From an uncultured Verrucomicrobiae bacterium (lineage in GTDB: Bacteria; Verrucomicrobiota; Verrucomicrobiia; Chthoniobacterales; JAFAMB01), in the NCBI GenBank assembly GCA_963762565.1, contig CAVXLD010000001.1, positions 1,120,001-1,184,000 on the forward strand: a DNA stretch of 64,000 nucleotides. The letters run 5' to 3'. The position numbers and the translations under genes were made by a program. This document shows, one piece after another, positions 17,793 to 27,478 of the stretch. Position 1 is the first letter of the stretch, and each line of letters starts with the position of its first letter. Below the pieces are notes generated by a model that saw only the letters and a list, made by a program, of their open reading frames with translations, was not told where the DNA came from and did no database searches.

Positions 17793-19405
17793 GGGGCTGT
17801 TGCCCAATAGCGCCTAATTAGTATGAGGATTTTGGGTTAGTAATTGGAAGGTTTGGCGAAGGGTTAGCTTGGCAAGAAGGAGGTTGAAATCGGGTGAAGG
17901 AGCCGGGTGAGCCAGCGGAGCAACTGAGTAAGGCGATAGGCTAGCGCAGGGTTGGTTTGGGAGAGATGCCTGAGGAGTTTTCTCAGGTTCTGTACCGTAG
18001 CAATGAGTAAGTCTTGGATAGCTTGCTTCCAAAGTCCACGCCAACGAGAACGCTTGAGCCCATGACGATTGGCGGCGTCGGCAAAGCTCCTTTCCATGAG
18101 ATGTTGGCGGCGTTTAAGGTCGGCTTTAGCAGCCTTGGAGTTAGCAATTTTGCGAGCCTTTTCTAACCAGGCTTGATCCCGATGGCGGTGAATGGTGCGT
18201 CCGGTGCGGGAACGAGTGCACAAGGCGCGCAGCTTGCACACTAAACAGGTCCCCTTGGCGGTGACATATTCCCAGGTCAAGCGCTTGGGGTGTAAGCGCC
18301 TGGCTTTCATGATCTGCTTGGCGGGACAGAGATAGGTATTAGTCTGTGCATCGTATCTAAAATGCTCGTCGGAATAAATGCCCTCGCTTCGTCCCTTACC
18401 TCGGATCGACTCCCCCAGCAGCTTCACATGGGCTTTAATCCCCGCTTTTTGACAGCTAATCAGGTTGCTGACGCTGCCGTAACGCGCATCAGCAATCACA
18501 GTTCGCACTGCTTGATCGGTAGTATCTTCATGAGCTTCAATGAGCCTCAACAGTTGCGAGGCTTCGTCGACCGCACCGGTGGTGGTCTCTACGGCGGTGA
18601 TGATCTCATGGGCATCGTCGACTACTCGATGAGTCTTATAGCGTAAGCGGCTCTTTAGGCCGGCGTGTCGAACTAGAGTCGCATCCGGGTCGGTCGTACT
18701 GCGGAACTGGCGATTGGTTTTGGAGTATTGGCCAATGGCAGAACCGCCGCTGCCGCTGTCCCCTGATGGCGGATCTTGGTCTTGGTCGGGTTCATCGAGC
18801 TTTTGCACTTGCTCTTTGGCAGTTTGCTCGATGGCATTGAGCGTCTCCGCAGACAGGGGCTTAACTGAACCCAGATTGGCATCGGCCTCCACTAGGCTCG
18901 CATCCACGTGGATCTTACGGCCTTCTACCAGACCAGCCTCCACGCACTGCTGCACTACCCGGCTAAATAGCGAGACAAACACTTCTTTACCCCAGCGCTT
19001 GCGCGCCTTGCTCAACACACTGTGGTCGGGAATCTGATCGTCTAGCCCATAGCCAAGAAACCAAAGGTAATCCAGCCGTTCAGGGATGATGCGCATCAGC
19101 TCCCGCTCGCTCTTGATATCATCCAAGAATAACAACAACATCATCCGGACAATCACTTCGGGCGGAACCGACTTGTTGCCTCTTCGCCCATAAGTGTGCG
19201 CTACCTCCTTACGCACAAAACTCAAATCTAACGCCGCCCTGATCCGCCGCAGTGGATGATCGTCCCGCACCCGCTTATCTAAATTGACCCGATAGCTCCA
19301 GATCGGAACCTGCGAGTCTTCTTCGTCCATCATGGGAACAATACACTATCAAATCTGTAACCAGCAAAGCAATACTATAATGGTTATTAATTGGGCAACA
19401 CGCCC
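17793..19405 (-). mobile_element. IS1182-family insertion sequence
   Basis: Imperfect 16-bp terminal inverted repeats GGGGCTGTTGCCCAAT (17793) and ATTGGGCAACACGCCC (19390) around the transposase. Confidence 0.85.
17864..19333 (-). CDS. IS1182-family DDE transposase
   Basis: DHPLR, PDHSVLS, HVDAS, STTDPDA, ADARY, Cys cluster, ERSFA. Confidence 0.92.
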   Translation of the reverse strand: MMDEEDSQVPIWSYRVNLDKRVRDDHPLRRIRAALDLSFVRKEVAHTYGRRGNKSVPPEVIVRMMLLLFLDDIKSERELMRIIPERLDYLWFLGYGLDDQIPDHSVLSKARKRWGKEVFVSLFSRVVQQCVEAGLVEGRKIHVDASLVEADANLGSVKPLSAETLNAIEQTAKEQVQKLDEPDQDQDPPSGDSGSGGSAIGQYSKTNRQFRSTTDPDATLVRHAGLKSRLRYKTHRVVDDAHEIITAVETTTGAVDEASQLLRLIEAHEDTTDQAVRTVIADARYGSVSNLISCQKAGIKAHVKLLGESIRGKGRSEGIYSDEHFRYDAQTNTYLCPAKQIMKARRLHPKRLTWEYVTAKGTCLVCKLRALCTRSRTGRTIHRHRDQAWLEKARKIANSKAAKADLKRRQHLMERSFADAANRHGLKRSRWRGLWKQAIQDLLIATVQNLRKLLRHLSQTNPALAYRLTQLLRWLTRLLHPISTSFLPS

Positions 19406-19461
19406 TTGAGAAAGCATCCGCAAGCCCGCGGACCTAATCTGCCGCCCCAGATACGGGGGCG

Positions 19462-20265
19462 TTAAGTCGTGGGCATCGTGCCACCGTCGACAATGTAATC
19501 AGCCCCGCTGATAAACGCGCCTCGATCTGAGGCGAGGAAGGCTACCAGTTCCGCCACTTCCTCGGGTCGACCGGGACGGCCGACGGGAATGCCCCCAAGC
19601 ATCTCCACAATCCGTTGACGTGCAGCGTCCTTACTGATGCCACTGCATTTGGAAATGTCTTCGATCATCCCCTGCGCGCCGGAGGTCTCGATGAAACCGG
19701 GCGAAATCATCGTTACGCGCACTCCTTTCGGAGCAACACCCTTTGCGAGCCCCTTGCTGTAAGTAGTAAGGGCTCCCTTGGCGGCAGCGTAGGCGAGAGT
19801 CGAATTGGAGAACGGTAGACGATGAGCGACGGAAGAGATATGAATGACGACTCCGGACTGGCGTTCGATCATGCCGGGAAGGAAAGCACGGTCCAGGCGA
19901 ACGGCGGCGAGCAGGTTGACCTCCAGTATTCGTTGCCAGTCCTCGTCGGAGAGCACCTCGCATCCGCCTGGTCTTGTTTCTGTTCCACCGACATTGTTCA
20001 CCAATACGTCTAGCCCACCCCACTCTTGCTGAATGCGATCGACGACGTTTTGGACACCGCGGGCCGTTCCGAGATCCGCCTGTATAAACAGAGCAGGAGC
20101 CACGCCTGGAGCCGGCGCAGAGCGCGCGGTGGTGGCGACCGAGGCACCGCTCAATTCAAAACGACGTACGATCGCTTCTCCTACACCCTTCGTGCCACCG
20201 GTCACGAGAACACGCTTGCCTTTGAACTCATCGCCAAAAACGACAAAAGGATAGCGGTTGATCAT
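19462..20265 (-). CDS. SDR-family oxidoreductase
   Basis: TGGTKGVG, NNVG, YAAAK. Confidence 0.92.
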   Translation of the reverse strand: MINRYPFVVFGDEFKGKRVLVTGGTKGVGEAIVRRFELSGASVATTARSAPAPGVAPALFIQADLGTARGVQNVVDRIQQEWGGLDVLVNNVGGTETRPGGCEVLSDEDWQRILEVNLLAAVRLDRAFLPGMIERQSGVVIHISSVAHRLPFSNSTLAYAAAKGALTTYSKGLAKGVAPKGVRVTMISPGFIETSGAQGMIEDISKCSGISKDAARQRIVEMLGGIPVGRPGRPEEVAELVAFLASDRGAFISGADYIVDGGTMPTT

Positions 20266-20320
20266 ATTCTCCCCAGGAAATTGTGATTCGACAAATGTTT
20301 GAGCCTAGTGGTCGGGTCGG

Positions 20321-21199
20321 TTAGCTGCTGAGTTTTAGATCGGGGCGTTCGACCAGCCGCCGCAGCATTGGCCCGAGGTCTGGCGCCTTATAGAACGGAT
20401 GGCCGCGCAAGATTTCCGCACATTTTCCGTCCAGGATGTTGATGACCTCATGCGCCTTCGGTGCGGCTTCCCGCACCTCGCAGACTCGTTCGCGAACGAA
20501 CAAGAGGTTCTGGGGATCGACGTGGCCTGCTTGTATGAAGCCACGGGTCTTCTTGGCACACCGGCAGGGGTTCGCGTGGTTTACCAGTCCGCACTTGTCG
20601 TTCATGAAGTTGCGCAGGTCTCGACGCGCACGGGCCAGACGTTGGCGAAAGTTGTCGGGAGTGATCTCCAAGAGCTCAGCGGCAACGGTGTCGCTTACAC
20701 CGAAGATGGCACCGAGGATAAAGGTCAAGCGTTGCTCGCGGTCAAGGCAAAGAAGCATTCCGGAAGTACAGGAGATCATTGCCTCGGTCACCGACAGGTC
20801 CGTGTCCGGCGATGCGCTTTTTGGATCGGCCAGCTCTAGGTCTGGCGTGTTGTCGAGCGCCGCGCCGTAAAAGGCGAAATCCAATGACGCATGCTCGACG
20901 CGCCCGCGTTTCATATTGAGCACATGATTGAATACGATGCGGTAGAGCCAGGTGCGGAAGCTGCCGCGGCCCTCAAAGGATGCCAGCCGGGTGAGTACTT
21001 TGATGAGGATCTCTTGCGTGGCGTCCTCCGCATCCTGCGGATGGTGGAGCATGCGGACGGCGATGTTGTAAATCCAAGCTTGATGCCGGTGGACCAGATC
21101 TTCTAGCGCCTGGCGATCTCCCGAGCGGGCGCGCAGCACAAGGCTTTGATCCTCGTGGTCGGGGGAGTTGTCGGCTAGCGGGTTACTGATGACGCTCAT
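20321..21199 (-). CDS. ECF sigma factor with Cys-rich C-terminal extension
   Basis: DAEDATQE and FRTWLYRI (sigma2), sigma4 RQRLARAR, then CGLVNHANPCRC; GGAGGAG RBS. Confidence 0.9.
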   Translation of the reverse strand: MSVISNPLADNSPDHEDQSLVLRARSGDRQALEDLVHRHQAWIYNIAVRMLHHPQDAEDATQEILIKVLTRLASFEGRGSFRTWLYRIVFNHVLNMKRGRVEHASLDFAFYGAALDNTPDLELADPKSASPDTDLSVTEAMISCTSGMLLCLDREQRLTFILGAIFGVSDTVAAELLEITPDNFRQRLARARRDLRNFMNDKCGLVNHANPCRCAKKTRGFIQAGHVDPQNLLFVRERVCEVREAAPKAHEVINILDGKCAEILRGHPFYKAPDLGPMLRRLVERPDLKLSS

Positions 21200-21224
21200 A
21201 TTTGTGTCTCCTCCTATATAGTGA

Positions 21225-21250
21225 GACACGCGCCGCGGCACACTGTGACA
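21225..21250 (-). promoter_or_regulatory. Candidate ECF-type promoter TGTCACA-N15-TGTC
   Basis: Immediately upstream of the ECF gene; resembles the TGTCACA...CGTC promoters known for some ECF groups. Confidence 0.35.
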
Positions 21251-21323
21251 GAACTATACCGCCGAATCTGCTCACCGCCGGCGCACTGGCGAGTGGAGGC
21301 ATCCCATTCCGCTTGGCTATCGG

Positions 21324-21860
21324 CTATTGGCTATCGGTCATGCGCGTAGCGCCCGGGACTAGCGCAGTTCCATGCCCTTTTTCACGGGCCAAATACTCCT
21401 CAACACGCAATAGATTTCCTTCGCCTGCGCGCTGAACCACTCGTAGCAACTGATCCATAGAAGAGACTTCCTCGAGTTGTTCCTTTACGAACCATTGCAA
21501 AAAATTGTCAGTCGTATAATCGGATTCGGCCTTTGCCGTTGAGATAAGTGTATTGACCTGGGTAGTAACGCGTTCTTCCTGTTCGAGTGAAAGTTTTACC
21601 GCCTCCTCTGCGGCAGCAAAATTTGCCTGCGGAGCAGGTACACCCGGGATCTCCACCCGAGCACCGGCGTCGAGCAGAAACTGAATGAACCGGAGGGCAT
21701 GTTGTTTTTCTTCCTCTGCCTGTTTCCGGAAATGAGCGGCTAGTTCGGGTAAAGCTTCAGCGCCGAAATGCGCCGCAATCGCGTAATATTGCAACATGGC
21801 GCTGAATTCGTTACCGATCTGTTGGTTGATCAGGGGAACAATCTTTGGATGGGCGACCAT
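21324..21860 (-). CDS. Ferritin (non-heme)
   Basis: QIGNE, EEKQHA, FLQWFVKEQLEE ferroxidase ligands. Confidence 0.9.
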   Translation of the reverse strand: MVAHPKIVPLINQQIGNEFSAMLQYYAIAAHFGAEALPELAAHFRKQAEEEKQHALRFIQFLLDAGARVEIPGVPAPQANFAAAEEAVKLSLEQEERVTTQVNTLISTAKAESDYTTDNFLQWFVKEQLEEVSSMDQLLRVVQRAGEGNLLRVEEYLAREKGHGTALVPGATRMTDSQ

Positions 21861-21970
21861 GCGAAAAACCTCTTCCCACCGAGCGCGATTGCAATTGATT
21901 TTCTAGGTAGTGGCCGTCATGTCGACGTGCGGACCGACCCCTTTGGCTATCGGTCATGCACGTAGCGCTT

Positions 21971-22014
21971 GGTTTCCTGAACCTTAAATGTGGGTTCGAT
22001 TCCCGCCGAGGACA
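21971..22014 (+). pseudogene. 3' half of a tRNA (Arg-CCT-like), att-site-like remnant
   Basis: GGT-TTCCTGA-ACC anticodon-like loop and T-arm GTGGG-TTCGATT-CCCGC followed by CGAGGACA; no matching 5' acceptor or D-arm seen. Confidence 0.55.
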
Positions 22015-22263
22015 TGTTCAACGCCGGGAACGCCGTGATCGCCGACAACGCCGGGAACGCCGGGAACGAAGCTCGCGCGTGTGGACTGTTTTTGAGAGCG
22101 ATCAAATTCGGAGTCATCTCATCACCCGCAGATTTGGATCGATCTTGCGGGCAACCTCAGCCTCGGGACTCTTTGGCTATTGGTCATCCGCGTAGCGTAG
22201 CCCAGCGTCAATACGCCGTTTTACGTATTGCGAGAAACAGCCGCATTCCGCTTTGTTTATACC

Positions 22264-22953
22264 ATGAAGGTCGCGCTGAAATTGCTCGAATTGTCCGTCC
22301 AGGAAGACGAGCAAAAACCGCAACCAGCCCCAGCAATAACCAAGGAACAATATGACTTCTTTAAAGCGGTGTACGATGAGCACAAGGACCGAGCGAAGGC
22401 CCTCGAGAGCCGCGCTCAACTCTACTTTACAATTCAGAGCCTCTACTTTGGCTTCGTTATTCTAAAGTTTAGCGACCTATTCGGGTCAGGGAAACCGGGC
22501 GTTTCAATACCTGCGTCTTACCAATGGTTTCAAGTGATAGTAGCAACCTTCTTAGCTGTGGCTCTGCTTTTCACTCTTTGGGCCGTCCGCATGCGCGAGT
22601 ACGAGACTACGTGCGATCCAACTGAAGCAGCGGCAGCGCTAGATGATGACAAGTCGAACGAACTGTTTTTTGCTCTCAGAATAGGCGATTTTGCAGTAGC
22701 CGCGAATCGCAACCGGCAACAAAACTTGCATGCCGCAAAGTGCCTGCAGGCGGCCTGTTGGTTTATGGTCGCGGCAGTTGCGACTCATCTACTGTTCTTT
22801 CTGTCTACCGCGGCCCTTTCGAATGGATTCGCAGTGACCAGTTTAACCAGTAAATTACCGTGGTTGCCAACCACCTTGCTTGTCATTCTCTTGGGCGTTG
22901 TCTGGCCCTTTTTGGCGTGGAACGAATCTAAAAGAAAAACTAAAAAATCATGA
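22264..22953 (+). CDS. Hypothetical membrane protein (3-4 TM)
   Basis: Long ORF with amphipathic helix followed by TM segments; start uncertain. Confidence 0.6.
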   Translation: MKVALKLLELSVQEDEQKPQPAPAITKEQYDFFKAVYDEHKDRAKALESRAQLYFTIQSLYFGFVILKFSDLFGSGKPGVSIPASYQWFQVIVATFLAVALLFTLWAVRMREYETTCDPTEAAAALDDDKSNELFFALRIGDFAVAANRNRQQNLHAAKCLQAACWFMVAAVATHLLFFLSTAALSNGFAVTSLTSKLPWLPTTLLVILLGVVWPFLAWNESKRKTKKS

Positions 22954-23111
22954 GCGACCAAGACGATAAATCCTCAAAACCGGAAGCAGAGTCAAAATCC
23001 AGCGATTCCGGACGATCCACTATGAAAGAAATACTCCGTGATCGAGAACAGCAAAAACATAAAGTCATGGAAGTGACGCAGCCAAAGGAAGATGAGCATC
23101 CCGATCTGTGA
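22950..23111 (+). CDS. Small charged protein (53 aa), not in the ORF track
   Basis: ATGA overlap with the upstream stop; MSDQDDKSSKPEAESKSS...EDEHPDL*. Confidence 0.5.
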   Translation: MSDQDDKSSKPEAESKSSDSGRSTMKEILRDREQQKHKVMEVTQPKEDEHPDL

Positions 23112-23135
23112 AAGTCACCATAACTGACAGTGACC

Positions 23136-24254
23136 TTATTCGTATTCACCCAAGTAATGCCGAAGAATCTCGTGCCACTCCGGTTCAGCGAGCCGCGCGA
23201 GCAAGCATCGGTTGATATATTCGCGTAACGGGCTCCCTTCCTTAACCCCAAAGCCATAGAGTTCTTCGTCCAAATGAATCGGCAGGACGATGAGTACGTT
23301 CTGATACTCCGTATGGATGCGATAATAAAGAATCGGGCCATCGTTGATGACCGCATCGATTTTGCCGCTCTTAAGCGCCGGCAAGAGCTGTCCAGCGGGC
23401 ATCGTCTTGAACTTGAGATGATTCATTGCAGCGTACTGCGCAGCAGTCGTGTCCGGCGCCGTTCCGATGCTCAAGTCGCGTAGATCTTCCGGACTCTGGA
23501 TCGCTTTCGGGCCGCCCAATTTCTCGGCCGTCAGCAAAGAAGCCATCGTTGCCGTGAATATGGAGATCATTACTAAACTAATGAACATCCACCCTATCGC
23601 TACGATCCGCCCGATCAATGTCCTCGGGTAAAGATCGCCGTATCCGACCCCTGTCATAGTCACGGCCGACCACCACACGGCCGAACCGATTCCCGGGAAT
23701 CGTTTACCATGCCCTCCAAAGTGAGCGGCGTTCTTACGTCGCTCGCAAAGCCAAATTAACACGGCGGCCGCGAGCAGGATGCCCAGAATGAAAAGGACGA
23801 TTTTTAACACGTGCCCTGAGAGCAATGCTCTTAGCAAAGGGATAACTAAATTCGAATTAGGAGCGGAATCCTTTGCCCGCATCGCGACTCGCAATCCGGA
23901 AGTGAAAAAACGGTGAGTAAAATCAATTTGCTCTTCGCGCTCCGCTGTCACGGTAATCGGGTCTATACAAACGTCGATCCAACCATTCATTAAGGCATTG
24001 AACCGGTCCGCGACCGGGATCTCCTTGAACTCAAAATCGACTTTGAGATCGGAGGCAATCTCTCGCCAAAGATCAACGCTGATGCCGGTCCACGACCCAT
24101 CCGCTTGCCGCATATCGAAGGGCGCCGCGGTATACACCCCAACCGTTAGTCTATGCCAAACGGGCGACGGGTTTCCACTTGGCGACGCTGATTCTGCATG
24201 GACACCGAATAGAAGAAGGCAACAAAATAGAAAGATTAGAACCGCGCTTTTCAT
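23136..24254 (-). CDS. GluR0-like ligand-gated K+ channel (SBP family 3 split by a pore domain)
   Basis: Signal peptide, SBP S1, TM1, WWSAVTMTGVGYGD filter, TM2, S2. Confidence 0.85.
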   Translation of the reverse strand: MKSAVLIFLFCCLLLFGVHAESASPSGNPSPVWHRLTVGVYTAAPFDMRQADGSWTGISVDLWREIASDLKVDFEFKEIPVADRFNALMNGWIDVCIDPITVTAEREEQIDFTHRFFTSGLRVAMRAKDSAPNSNLVIPLLRALLSGHVLKIVLFILGILLAAAVLIWLCERRKNAAHFGGHGKRFPGIGSAVWWSAVTMTGVGYGDLYPRTLIGRIVAIGWMFISLVMISIFTATMASLLTAEKLGGPKAIQSPEDLRDLSIGTAPDTTAAQYAAMNHLKFKTMPAGQLLPALKSGKIDAVINDGPILYYRIHTEYQNVLIVLPIHLDEELYGFGVKEGSPLREYINRCLLARLAEPEWHEILRHYLGEYE

Positions 24255-24385
24255 AGACCGGGGAGACGGCTTCTGTAACATTCTCTCATAATCTGTTTTA
24301 GCGAGGCCGTATTGCGGACAGGTCAATGATCATGGCTAACCGTAAAGGAAATCTATGGAGTGACCCTACCGGAGGCGACGAAGTG

Positions 24386-24940
24386 ATGGAATGGATTGCA
24401 AGAGCTCTGCAGACTCCCAATGCCAGGATAACTGGTGTCGTCTATTTGCTTTATTTTCTCACCGCAATTTCCGGTTCCCTGTTCGCTGGTTGGCCGCGGC
24501 TGAGTCTCACCGTCAACCTGATCTCAACCGCGCTCTATGTCGCATTGACTCTGCTCCTCTACCATCTGTTCAAGCCGGTGAACAAGAGCCTTTCCTTGCT
24601 GGCGGCCTTCTTTAGTCTCGCCGGATGCGCCATTACCGCTCTTGCCTTCGTTGATCGCGCTCCCTCCAACATCAGCCCGCTGGCATTCTTCGGGCCTTTT
24701 TGCCTCCTGGTCGGCTACCTCATTTTCAGATCGACATTCCTGCCGCGAATTCTGGGCGTGTTGATGGCGTTAGCCGGTTTGGGTTGGCTGGCCTTTCTTA
24801 CCGCGCTCGCAAATTACCTGGCTCTCTACTTGAAAGTTCTCGGCTTCGTGGCGGAATTATCGCTGATGTTTTGGCTCATCACAAAAGGCGTAAACGTTCA
24901 GCGATGGAAGGAGCAGGCCGACGCGGCCAACCGTGCGTGA
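24386..24940 (+). CDS. DUF4386-family membrane protein
   Basis: ARITGVVYLL, FKPVNKSLSLLAA, FLPRILGVL, WLITKGV; GGAGG RBS. Confidence 0.75.
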   Translation: MEWIARALQTPNARITGVVYLLYFLTAISGSLFAGWPRLSLTVNLISTALYVALTLLLYHLFKPVNKSLSLLAAFFSLAGCAITALAFVDRAPSNISPLAFFGPFCLLVGYLIFRSTFLPRILGVLMALAGLGWLAFLTALANYLALYLKVLGFVAELSLMFWLITKGVNVQRWKEQADAANRA

Positions 24941-25021
24941 AAGCCGTCGTCTATCGCCGCAGCGGTTCGAGCGCGTGACCATCACGAAGCGATTAAATAC
25001 CACGTTGCCGGCCGTTAATAT

Positions 25022-25261
25022 CTACTCTACAGAAGCGTCACCGCCTACCAAATCAGGAGGGCGCCCTTCTACCAGGTGGCAGTGTTCCTGGAGCCACAAT
25101 CGCACAAGAGGCGCGATCGCTGGCACGGAGCTAGTGAGATGATTCATCGAATTAAGCCACGTCGCTTTTTCCGGGTCGGTGCATGCCCAGCCGTCATGGC
25201 TAAACGTCACAATCGAACCGTCCGTATGCCTCCATATAAACAGAAAGTTCTTGGGTCCCAT
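25022..25261 (-). CDS. Small hypothetical protein
   Basis: 79-aa ORF with protein-like composition; ATG not seen, start uncertain. Confidence 0.35.
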   Translation of the reverse strand: MGPKNFLFIWRHTDGSIVTFSHDGWACTDPEKATWLNSMNHLTSSVPAIAPLVRLWLQEHCHLVEGRPPDLVGGDASVE

Positions 25262-25515
25262 TTCTACGGTCGGAGTATCGATTTAGATGATTACTATCGC
25301 CGAATAATCTCGGAAGATTTCACTAACAGGGCGCCCCCGCCAATATGTATTGCAAAGTGCTGTGAGAGCTTTCGCGTATGGCAAAAGGTGAACCGAAAGT
25401 TGATTGGGACACCCACCGGCTACGAATATCGTGAGTACAAGAACTGGCGCCAGATTCCTAAGCCGACGCCCGTCGGGTTTGCAGTTTGCTGTTAGCGGTT
25501 CACCGTAAGAGGTTT

Positions 25516-26469
25516 ATGCGCGATCGACCGATCCACCGCCTTGTTTCGCTATGTATTCCGCTGCTTTGCTGGCTATGCCTTGCTCTAACCAGCCCTTTTA
25601 TCCCTCATGCGAACGCTCAGAATTGCGGCGAAAAGGGTATCGCGGTTCAGGTGCTCGGATCCGGCGGACCTGAGTTGCAAGATAAGCGGGCTTCCAGCAG
25701 TTATCTGGTCTGGCAGGATGGGCAGGCCCGGGTTTTAATCGATGCTGGTGGCGGTAGCGCTCTGCGGTTCGGTGAAAGCGGCGCGAAAATGTCGCAACTG
25801 GATGCGATGTTGTTTACGCACCTACATGTTGACCATAGCGCCGATTTTCCTTCGCTAATGTTTTCGTCCTGGTTTGAAGAACGTAACCGGCCTTTGCCCA
25901 TATATGGTCCGGACGGAAACAATTATTTTCCGTCCATGGTCGATTTCGTGCGTGCGTTCTTTAACAGTCGGAACGGTATTTACCGTTATCTGAGTGTGCT
26001 TTTGGTTGCACAAGAGAACGGCGGTTACGAGTTGCAACCCCACAATGTTGCCGGCGATCCATCGGCGGTTGCCTTTCGAGGCGAACATTTTTCTGCCTAT
26101 GCCGCACGGGTCATCCATGGCGGGGTGCCGGCTTTAGCGTGGCGTATCGAAATCGGCGGTAAAACCGTTGTTTTTAGCGGTGACACTAACGGCGAGGGCG
26201 ACGATCTGGTTCTTCTAGCTAAAGACGCTGATTTGTTCGTAGCCCATAATGCGGTTCCTGAAGGAGCTACCGGAGTTGAACGGCGTTTGCATATGCCACC
26301 TTCTGTGATCGGGCAGATCGCTCAGCAGGCGCACGTCAAAAAGCTCGTGTTGTCTCACCGAATGCTGCGCACATTGGGCAAGGAAACAGAGACCTTATCC
26401 GAAATCAAAAAGAGTTACCCTGGTCCAGTTACCTTTGCGAATGATCTGGATTGCTTCCCCCTCGAATAG
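25516..26469 (+). CDS. Exported MBL-fold metallo-hydrolase (RNase Z/arylsulfatase-like)
   Basis: LGSGGP, THLHVDH, FSGDT, LVLSH; signal peptide. Confidence 0.88.
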   Translation: MRDRPIHRLVSLCIPLLCWLCLALTSPFIPHANAQNCGEKGIAVQVLGSGGPELQDKRASSSYLVWQDGQARVLIDAGGGSALRFGESGAKMSQLDAMLFTHLHVDHSADFPSLMFSSWFEERNRPLPIYGPDGNNYFPSMVDFVRAFFNSRNGIYRYLSVLLVAQENGGYELQPHNVAGDPSAVAFRGEHFSAYAARVIHGGVPALAWRIEIGGKTVVFSGDTNGEGDDLVLLAKDADLFVAHNAVPEGATGVERRLHMPPSVIGQIAQQAHVKKLVLSHRMLRTLGKETETLSEIKKSYPGPVTFANDLDCFPLE

Positions 26470-26733
26470 TTGCCGGAGCTGTAGCGCCATTCCGGCGGCC
26501 CGGTGATATCGAACTTTACCCGCCGAAGAATAAAAAGCGGACCATTGCCGTCACTCCGGTCACTTCAATTGGTAGCACACACAGCGCCACTTCTGCGACC
26601 GCGACCCAAAACATAATACGCCAAAACATCGTTTCAGGGCTTCCCAATACAACAATATCCTGGAGCGTACAATCAGAAATGATGTGGTAGCGAATTTTTC
26701 TGCTTCCTGAAGCGCTTTTGGGACTGTCAGGTA

Positions 26734-26879
26734 GGGACGGTCAACCGTCCGGTCCCAGCGCAAAGAGGCATCCTCCATCACCAGCTGTAAGCCTGCCTCG
26801 AGAGACTACGGACCCGCCCCACACCCCCTCTTTCTGAAAGCACCTCGGCTAGGTTCCGCAAAATAGCTGACCTGTCCCT
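26734..26879. repeat. Inverted-repeat unit (variant left end)
   Basis: GGGACGGTCAA at 26734, TGACCTGTCCCT at 26868; right flank nearly identical to 39200-39234. Confidence 0.75.
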
Positions 26880-26904
26880 TTCTTCTCTGCTACACTACCA
26901 CTGC

Positions 26905-27441
26905 ATGAAAGCTCATCCCCTGCGGCGCGTGGCTCTTCTGCTAGCGCTGTTCCTTGCCTCATGTGCGTTCGCCGGTTTCAACGCCGTCCCGCGTCAGGTG
27001 GCATTCAACGAAGCCGACTTCGCTACCTATGGCGGACAAGGGACGGCTTCCGTGACCGGTCAATTGATCTGCTCGTACGAGGGGAAAAATCATCCAGGAC
27101 AAGGAACCCCAGTCACGCTGCTGCCAGTGACGGCTTACACCAAGGAGATGATCGACCGGGAACTGGGCGACGGGGTGACACTGATGCCGTCCGATTCGCG
27201 CCTGAAAAAATACATCCGCATCACCAATGCGGATCACCAAGGCAACTTCGCTTTCCGCCACGTTCCCGCTGGGGAGTATTTCGTCGCCGGCGAAGCGGGG
27301 TGGGACAAGGCCGACTACGAACTGCACCAGTGGGCCTGTGAGCGAGTGACCGTTCACAACCGCCAGATGGTCAACATTCGGGTGACGCACAATCCACAGC
27401 ACGGGAATAGCCCGATCAACAATATCTGGACGGTCCAGTAG
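26905..27441 (+). CDS. Exported protein with carboxypeptidase-regulatory-like fold
   Basis: Signal peptide; ADHQGNFAFRHVPAGEYFV. Confidence 0.7.
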   Translation: MKAHPLRRVALLLALFLASCAFAGFNAVPRQVAFNEADFATYGGQGTASVTGQLICSYEGKNHPGQGTPVTLLPVTAYTKEMIDRELGDGVTLMPSDSRLKKYIRITNADHQGNFAFRHVPAGEYFVAGEAGWDKADYELHQWACERVTVHNRQMVNIRVTHNPQHGNSPINNIWTVQ

Positions 27442-27478
27442 CGCGGCCGGCGGGGTCACCTGGGACAAAAACCCACCG

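Noticed and set aside
17786..19412. Target-site duplication of the IS1182 element
   Set aside because: No convincing direct repeat seen in the flanks
21940..22014. Functional tRNA gene
   Set aside because: No 5' acceptor strand or D-arm could be paired
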